From Patescibacteria group bacterium (lineage in GTDB: Bacteria > Patescibacteriota > Kazan-3B-28), in the NCBI GenBank assembly GCA_041649135.1, contig JBAZNQ010000001.1, positions 445,438 to 509,437 of the forward strand: a stretch of 64,000 bases of DNA. Direction: 5' to 3'. The notes beneath the pieces are model-generated. The model had not been told where the DNA came from. It saw nothing but the letters and a program-made list of their open reading frames with translations, and made no database searches. This document shows positions 57,645 through 64,000 of this stretch, piece by piece; positions within the stretch are counted from its first letter, which is position 1, and every line of letters begins with the position of its first letter. The position numbers and the translations under genes are program-made.

Positions 57645-58259
57645 CTACCTTCTCCGCCGCCGGTCTGCGAATGTCAGACTCAACAGGAGCGAAATCACGA
57701 TTATCGCTCCCAGAGCCACTACTAGAACTACCGAGCTCATCACAAAATGAGTAAACCCGACCAATACCCCAGTCAGCCATTTGCCTATCTCCGTGTCTGC
57801 CAAAAACCACACCAACGCGATTAGCCCACCCAGACCGATCATCATGCCTGCCAGCAATTTAGGATGGGTTTCCCAAAAATAATTCAAACCCGAGAGCCAC
57901 CGGTCAAACCAACCCCGCTCCTGCCAATCCCGTCCGATCATATCTAAAATCCCCTGTAACAATGATGCCGTAGCCTTGTTGGCATCGCTTTTTGTTACTC
58001 GGTGACCAACATCTTCCAAAATATGACGACAGACTTTTTCCGCCGCTAACACTCCCCGAATGTCTTTAAATAGTTCCTCCGCATTGTGGATCTTGTCTTC
58101 CGTGGTTTCCCCAAAACTCACCTCACTTAAAACTTGATGAAAAATTTTAAACGCTTCCAGCACCGCCATCGCCCATGATGCATCTTCTTTGCTGACTAAC
58201 AATTTGTCCACCCGCTTCCATTCGGTCTCAACCGAAATCGTATTTCTAGTTTCCTCCAT
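57645..58259 (-). CDS. Hypothetical membrane protein
   Basis: Helical N-terminal domain and two C-terminal TM helices. Confidence 0.7.
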   Translation of the reverse strand: MEETRNTISVETEWKRVDKLLVSKEDASWAMAVLEAFKIFHQVLSEVSFGETTEDKIHNAEELFKDIRGVLAAEKVCRHILEDVGHRVTKSDANKATASLLQGILDMIGRDWQERGWFDRWLSGLNYFWETHPKLLAGMMIGLGGLIALVWFLADTEIGKWLTGVLVGFTHFVMSSVVLVVALGAIIVISLLLSLTFADRRRRR

Positions 58260-58380
58260 ATCCCCATTCCCCTTCTTGTGTCATTCTGGTCGCTTCTGCC
58301 GTACGGCAGAAGCGACCAGAATCTTATAATAATAACCCCATCTGTCATCCCGCCATACACTAGTGATGGCGGGATCCAAA

Positions 58381-60795
58381 TTAAACAAAATTAATAACTC
58401 TGTCCCTCACAAAAATATGTTTGCTGGCACCCTCCGCCACTTTCTTTAGTTTCTCGTTTTGGTTCACCGCCGTCAGAACTTCCGCTTCACTCGCCCCTGC
58501 CGACATTTCAATTGTTCCTCGTAGTTTCCCCTTTTCCTGCACCGCGATCACTACAACTTTCGCCCGCGCTTTTTCGGGATCAAATTTTGGCCAATCAGCA
58601 TCCGTTACACTACCTTGCTGTTGTAACACCACTTGCCATAGCTCCTCCGCCAAATGCGGAGCGAAAGGGTTCAGTAACTTCGCAAAATCTACCAGCCAGT
58701 TGGTACTATCATCCTTGCTCACCTCGTTCACAAATTCCATCATACTGCTAATCGCCGTATTGAATTTTAATTCGGTAATATCTTCAGTTACTTTCTGAAC
58801 CAAACCATGGATGGCATCATTGTCGCCTCCCTTTTCCCCGACCCGCTCACCAATAATTCGATACACCCGTTCCAAGAATTTCCGTACTCCCGAGATACCA
58901 TTCGTATCCCAAGCGATCGCTTGATCAAACGGCCCCATAAACATTTCATACATCCGTACGGCATCAGCTCCATACTGGTCAATTAGTTCATCAGGATTAA
59001 TCACATTCCCCCGACTCTTACTCATCTTTTCCCCATCTGACGCCAAAATTAACCCTTGATGCCGAAGCTTCAAAAACGGCTCATCAAAATCTAAATAACC
59101 TAGTTTGTGCAAAGCCTTGGTAATAAATCTGGCATATAACAAATGTCCGTTGGTATGCTCTGCCCCACCAATATATAAATCTACCGGCATCCAGTATTTC
59201 AAAGACTCTTTACTAGCAAATTTCGTCTCGTTTTTCGGATCGCAATACCGTAAGTAATACCATGACGAACAAACAAAGGTATCCATCGTATCCAGCTCTC
59301 GATGCGCCCCCTTGCCATACTTTTCTTCTACCCCAGCCTGAAAAGTTTTTGAGTAAGCAAGAGGCGATTCACCATGTGGCTTAAAATCAACATCACTCGG
59401 CAACATCACCGGCAAATCCCTTTCATCCACCGCCACCACCTCCCACTCCTCCCCGCCTTTAATTGGTGAGATTGGTGTAGATTGGCGAGATTGTTTAGAT
59501 TCCCCCGCTGGTCGATAGACCACGGGTATTGGTGCTCCCCAATACCGCTGACGCGATATCAGCCAATCGTGTAATTTGTACTGCACCGTCACCTTCCCGC
59601 CAAATTTCTTGGCAATTTTTGCTGCCGCCCCTTTGGAGTCTTGCCCATCAAATTCACCCGAATTCATCAGCTCGCCATGTCCGGCATAAAATTTTTCATC
59701 CGATCCAATAACTTGAACCACCGGCAGATCAAATTTCTTAGCGAATTCAAAATCCCGCTCATCATGCGCTGGCACTGCCATGATCGCTCCCGTGCCGTAA
59801 TCCATCAGCACATAATCCGCAACCCAAATTGGGATCTCTTTTTTCGTAGCTGGATTAATCGCCATCACCCCCTTCAGACAAACCCCACTTTTCTCTTTTT
59901 GTGTCTGACGAGTTAGTGTGTTCTTCCGTCTTGCTTGCTCAATGTAATTTTGTACTTCCTCAAGATTCTGGATGCTAGATGCCAACTGCTGGATCAACTC
60001 ATGTTCAGGAGCTAGCACTAAATAAGTCGCCCCGAACAGTGTATCTGCCCTCGTCGTAAACACCTTGACTCGCGACTCGTTACTCGCGACTCGAAACTCT
60101 ATTTCTGCTCCTTCCGACTTCCCGATCCAATTTCGTTGCCCCGTCTTGGTCGACTCCGGCCAATCTAATTTATCCAACCCCACCAACAGTTCTTCTGCAA
60201 AATCCGTGATCTTGAAAAACCATTGCTTCAGTTTTTTCTGTTCGACTTGGCTGCCGCATCTCTCACAACAACCATTCACCACCTGCTCGTTAGCTAACAC
60301 AGTTTGATCCTTCGGACACCAGTTGGCATAAGCTTCCTTTTGATAAGCCAGTCCGTTGTCATATAAAACTTTGAACACCCACTGTGTCCATTTGTAATAA
60401 CTTGGATCAGCCGTATTCACTTCTCTACTCCAATCGTAGGCAAACCCAAACGATTTCATCTGCTGCGTAAATCGGGCAATATTCTTTTTGGTCGTTTCTG
60501 CCGGTGGTTGTCCGATTTTAATCGCATAGTTCTCCGCCGGCAAACCAAAAGCGTCCCAACCAATTGGGTGTAATACATTGTAGCCCTTCATTCGATAGTA
60601 CCGCGTAAAAATATCTGTCGCCGTAATCCCCCGCGGATGTCCAGTATGTAACCCATCTCCCGATGGATAAGTGAACATATCCAACGCATAAAACTTATGC
60701 GCCTTGTCGCCATCTACTGCCTTAAAAGTCTGGCGCTCTTCCCAATACTTCTGCCACTTCGGCTCAATCTGTTTGTGATCGTATTTGTCTACCAC
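58381..60795 (-). CDS. leuS: Leucine--tRNA ligase
   Basis: MFTYPSG.GLHTGH (HIGH), GWDAFGLPAEN, editing domain GTGAIMAVPAHDERD, KMSKS. Confidence 0.98.
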   Translation of the reverse strand: MVDKYDHKQIEPKWQKYWEERQTFKAVDGDKAHKFYALDMFTYPSGDGLHTGHPRGITATDIFTRYYRMKGYNVLHPIGWDAFGLPAENYAIKIGQPPAETTKKNIARFTQQMKSFGFAYDWSREVNTADPSYYKWTQWVFKVLYDNGLAYQKEAYANWCPKDQTVLANEQVVNGCCERCGSQVEQKKLKQWFFKITDFAEELLVGLDKLDWPESTKTGQRNWIGKSEGAEIEFRVASNESRVKVFTTRADTLFGATYLVLAPEHELIQQLASSIQNLEEVQNYIEQARRKNTLTRQTQKEKSGVCLKGVMAINPATKKEIPIWVADYVLMDYGTGAIMAVPAHDERDFEFAKKFDLPVVQVIGSDEKFYAGHGELMNSGEFDGQDSKGAAAKIAKKFGGKVTVQYKLHDWLISRQRYWGAPIPVVYRPAGESKQSRQSTPISPIKGGEEWEVVAVDERDLPVMLPSDVDFKPHGESPLAYSKTFQAGVEEKYGKGAHRELDTMDTFVCSSWYYLRYCDPKNETKFASKESLKYWMPVDLYIGGAEHTNGHLLYARFITKALHKLGYLDFDEPFLKLRHQGLILASDGEKMSKSRGNVINPDELIDQYGADAVRMYEMFMGPFDQAIAWDTNGISGVRKFLERVYRIIGERVGEKGGDNDAIHGLVQKVTEDITELKFNTAISSMMEFVNEVSKDDSTNWLVDFAKLLNPFAPHLAEELWQVVLQQQGSVTDADWPKFDPEKARAKVVVIAVQEKGKLRGTIEMSAGASEAEVLTAVNQNEKLKKVAEGASKHIFVRDRVINFV

Positions 60796-60861
60796 CCCTG
60801 TAGTGTACCAAAAGATAAGCCCTCCCGCCTTTTCAGACAGAATAGCCTAGTGTGTCCTACC

Positions 60862-61194
60862 CTAGTCTTTCTTCCCGCCCTTCCCGAATCCTTCGATCAA
60901 AAACATCACACCAACCAATAACGGTACACCTCCAATAACCAGACCGCCCCACCATTGTTCCTTAACAATCATCACCAAATAGAATCCTCCCAAAAGAACA
61001 AAAATCCAACCGCCAAATTTGGGCCACCTCCACGCCACGATCGTTACCGCCAACACCACTATGGCAATTAGCGCATGTGATAAAGAATCCTGCCAACCAA
61101 AATCAGGGCCCAATCCTTCCAAGATAAACGCGGACAGAAAAACAACCACTAAAATCGCCAATCCCCGAGGGAACCAATATAGAAATTTTTTCAT
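60862..61194 (-). CDS. Four-TM hypothetical membrane protein
   Basis: MKKFLYWFPRGL...AWRWPKFGG; similar to 22470-22850. Confidence 0.7.
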   Translation of the reverse strand: MKKFLYWFPRGLAILVVVFLSAFILEGLGPDFGWQDSLSHALIAIVVLAVTIVAWRWPKFGGWIFVLLGGFYLVMIVKEQWWGGLVIGGVPLLVGVMFLIEGFGKGGKKD

Positions 61195-61285
61195 ATTTCT
61201 ATTATACCCCGCCCCACTGATGGCAAATAAAAAAACCGCCTTGGCTTGATAGCCTAGGCGGAAGCAGTAGGTCTGCTTAGTCCTG

Positions 61286-61576
61286 TTAGTTTCCGTTCCC
61301 GAAGGAACCGAGCTCGATCCAGCCGGTGCGATGCTGGGTGTTGAAGTAGCCGTGGCAGTCTTCACGGGTTTGGTCAGCGGGACCAGCCATTCCTTTGAAT
61401 AGCCAGTTGTTGCCGCTACCGTCCTCTTTGGCCATTCCCAGGATCTCGACGATGAAATGCTGTCCATCATCACCGTAGAAGTTGACGGGACGGGCGTATT
61501 GCCCACAAGGGGCAAAGAGGGCGAGCATCATATCGCCAACTGAGGGACCGCGCTTGAGCTGAGTACGAGCTGCCAT
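61286..61576 (-). CDS. Hypothetical protein
   Basis: AGGAGGTG before the ATG at 61576; EDGSG..W.F.G...GYFNT..RTG. Confidence 0.65.
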   Translation of the reverse strand: MAARTQLKRGPSVGDMMLALFAPCGQYARPVNFYGDDGQHFIVEILGMAKEDGSGNNWLFKGMAGPADQTREDCHGYFNTQHRTGWIELGSFGNGN

Positions 61577-61835
61577 GTGGCACCTCCTGGTAAAGTACAC
61601 CCGAGAGCAGAGTCGGGATCACTCTCTTATTCCTTGCGGAACGTCCCCTATATAGGTTGGCTTAAGGATACCCCGTCCATAGGCTTTTGTCAAGCAAAAA
61701 TCCGCTCCCACAAAGGAGATTTTCTATAGCCGCAGTACTATTCGCTGCCGCTCAAGTACACGGCACTCACCACTTTTTATACTTTTAATATCGTTCATGG
61801 CGGCGCCATGAACCCGAACGAATGTGAGTGGTTCG

Positions 61836-61912
61836 TGGTGGACCGGATGGGATTCGAACCCACGACCTCCTCGATGCCATCGAGGCGCTCTAACCAGCTG
61901 AGCTACCGGCCC
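61836..61912 (-). tRNA. tRNA-Ala(GGC)
   Basis: GGGCCGG/CCGGTCC acceptor with G3:U70, CCTCG-ATGGCAT-CGAGG, ACCA end. Confidence 0.95.
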
Positions 61913-62599
61913 CTAACCAACTAATTCTGGAAGAACTTTTGAGGCTTGAATTATATCGTTAAATATCTGGGCAGAAAAGTAGGCAATTCTACAAACGCCC
62001 TTGTAATCTGCTTTGAGAGTAGGTTTGCCAACAGTCCTAGGATCAATTAGTGCCTTATAGAAAAGTTCTCTCTTAATCCCAGTGATCTTGCTCCAAAAAG
62101 CTTCCAAAGTTGGCACATCGCTATCAGCACGGCATTGTAAAGTCACACGGAACTTACTTTCGTCTATGTCATAACATTGTCTAAGAACACTTAGAAACGT
62201 CTGAATCATCAAGGGATCGGAGTTGGAAAACATCAGATCTGCTCTCCCTTTACCCCCTTCCGCCCAGTAAAGACAAACCAAAAGAAGCTTCCGAGCCGCT
62301 AAATTGGTAAACAATGGTGAAAACAACTCTCTATTGCCGATTTGTAGTTCTTCAGCCTGAATTAATCTCTTTTTTCTTTTGGCTTCAGCACCAATAATTC
62401 TTGCCTTGGCTAAGTTTTCCCTAGACAACATTCTCACCCTGCAATGATACTCTTCATTCATTCTGATATCGGCAAGCCAATAGCTCAAAGTACCTTTGGG
62501 AACTTTGTGCTTAAGTCGTTCAGATATCTCGGTGTATGTCAGCCCCCGACCTCTTAGCTCGATTGCAGCTACTCGAAAATCTCGATACTTGTTTGCCAC
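61913..62599 (-). CDS. HTH plus LAGLIDADG-like protein adjacent to tRNA
   Basis: LR.RG.TY.EI...VPKGTLSYW HTH; LYWAEGGK...FSNSDP.MI..F. Confidence 0.75.
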   Translation of the reverse strand: MANKYRDFRVAAIELRGRGLTYTEISERLKHKVPKGTLSYWLADIRMNEEYHCRVRMLSRENLAKARIIGAEAKRKKRLIQAEELQIGNRELFSPLFTNLAARKLLLVCLYWAEGGKGRADLMFSNSDPLMIQTFLSVLRQCYDIDESKFRVTLQCRADSDVPTLEAFWSKITGIKRELFYKALIDPRTVGKPTLKADYKGVCRIAYFSAQIFNDIIQASKVLPELVG

Positions 62600-62797
62600 A
62601 CCTAAATTGTACTACAGAGATAGTACATGTGAAGTTTGGATTCCGCTTCTAACAATAATCCGACTTACAATCGACGTATCTCGCTACTCGCCCTCGCCAA
62701 CAGCCATCGCTCGTCCGAATATAACAATTCCCGCCCCTAGATGCTAGATGCTATATCACTCCCCCTAGTGGCTAGTGGCTAATCCCTAGTGGCTAAA

Positions 62798-63193
62798 TTA
62801 GACTTCTATCTTCTTGGCAATCTTGCCCAAAATCGGCATTTCCCACCGCTTCCCGCGGAATATTGAATAAACGCCGAACAAGCTCAATGCCACAAACAAT
62901 ACCCAAGCGACTGCTCCCAACATTGCCGTAACCCCCAAATTCATACTTGGGAACAGCGCCACAAAAAACGACTCCAGCATAAACAGCAAAAACCACGCTA
63001 TTACTTCAGCCCCGAACAATACTAATCCTTGCTTGGCATGAAAGTAAACTTCATCCTGATCATGTCTTAAAATCAACGGCACAATAAACAAAATCGACAT
63101 ATACGACAACGCCGCAAACACCTTATCCTCCCCACCCAAACCACGGTGGCGAGATTCATGTTGGTCAGACACAGGTTGGTTATTTTCTTCCAT
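62798..63193 (-). CDS. DUF4870-type membrane protein
   Basis: AALSY..ILFIVPL, FHAKQGLVLF, PILGK. Confidence 0.8.
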   Translation of the reverse strand: MEENNQPVSDQHESRHRGLGGEDKVFAALSYMSILFIVPLILRHDQDEVYFHAKQGLVLFGAEVIAWFLLFMLESFFVALFPSMNLGVTAMLGAVAWVLFVALSLFGVYSIFRGKRWEMPILGKIAKKIEV

Positions 63194-63206
63194 AATCACA
63201 AACTTA

Positions 63207-64000
63207 TTACTTTTGTCTCTCTAAATATACTCTTGCCTCCAAAATAATCAATGCCAGAGCTAGAAAGAACAATAACCGTCCCTGTTGGAACGACACCGAC
63301 CAATGGTCCAGCATTCCCGCCACCAAAATCACCACCAGCGGCGCTCCCACCCATAGGTTCTTCCAGTCCTGCCGCACCAATTTGAACCACAGCCACAACA
63401 CCACTCCCACTAGCCAGAGCCACAGCGTAATCCCAATGGCTCCATTTTCTGCGGTAATCAATAAGTAAATGTTGTGTATCGGCTTGTATGTCCAAACCAG
63501 CTGTTCCGGATTTAGCGCTATCATCGCTACGGTGTAGTTGCCAGTCCCCAGCCCCGCTAAGTCATGACCCGTCACCGCCTGCCCCCATGTCTGCAGTCCA
63601 ACAATCCGTTCGGTCACTGATTTTGTTTCTAGTGCTGAATCCAACTCAAACCTGCCCGCCACATTCGGCCACTGCCACCATAACCCCATGCTCACTACCA
63701 CTAACATAACGCCGATTACCCAACCGCCCGATCGCCAACTTTTTTGTGTCAGCACCAAAACCACCGCCACTAATAAACTTATCATTGCCAACCCCCACGC
63801 CATCCGCGAAAATGCCAAGACCAACCCCAGCCCGATGACTGTCGCCAACCCCAACACCACCACCCGATATTTTTTGCCAACTTTAACAAATAATTTTATT
63901 AGCGGGAACACACTTACCACCAACAATCCCGCCAACATATTCGGATGTGGTAGCAGTCCATAAGCCCGAATCTGCCGATGCGTCTCATCACCCACCACCA
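63207..64000 (-). CDS. O-antigen ligase family protein (partial, 3' part)
   Basis: RAYG..PHPN.LAG, FSR.AW, G.G.GNY, PIHNIYLLI.AE.G. Confidence 0.85.
   Translation of the reverse strand, partial: VVGDETHRQIRAYGLLPHPNMLAGLLVVSVFPLIKLFVKVGKKYRVVVLGLATVIGLGLVLAFSRMAWGLAMISLLVAVVLVLTQKSWRSGGWVIGVMLVVVSMGLWWQWPNVAGRFELDSALETKSVTERIVGLQTWGQAVTGHDLAGLGTGNYTVAMIALNPEQLVWTYKPIHNIYLLITAENGAIGITLWLWLVGVVLWLWFKLVRQDWKNLWVGAPLVVILVAGMLDHWSVSFQQGRLLFFLALALIILEARVYLERQK

Noticed and set aside
33107-60307. Many 60-170 aa plus-strand ORFs opposite rpoD, dnaG, clpC, nusA, dnaE and leuS
   Set aside because: Antisense shadows of well-supported genes with no recognisable motifs.

Overview
Bacterial genomic DNA in the standard genetic code. 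Gene content and style (small REP-like palindromes, heptamer repeats, extended ribosomal proteins, a tRNA-adjacent LAGLIDADG-like gene) suggest Patescibacteria/CPR; this is inference. Right half (about 31.5-64 kb) is core genome: rpoD, dnaG, rpsF-ssb-rpsR, efp, ychF, clpC, nusA, rnhB, rplS, dnaE, leuS, tRNA-Ser and tRNA-Ala. Left half (about 0.6-31.5 kb) is an accessory tract downstream of a minus-strand tRNA-Asn. It holds two large serine recombinases (LSRs), a capsid-less ParB-methylase/terminase module with three tRNAs, a type III R-M system, a DUF3800 operon and many small, mostly co-oriented cargo genes. Three signals stand out. (1) About ten intergenic junctions share the core TGGCTC, the reverse complement of the tRNA-Asn 3' end GAGCCA, with recurrent conserved arms; this suggests an LSR-driven, tRNA-anchored, integron-like cassette array. 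(2) The tRNA-proximal LSR reads through its own att site, and two displaced att sites encode homologous alternative C-termini. (3) Two diverged copies of an unrecognised ~160-nt structured RNA, each with its own -10 box, lie one in each LSR element. All calls were made by eye without database searches, and many start codons were adjusted by hand.
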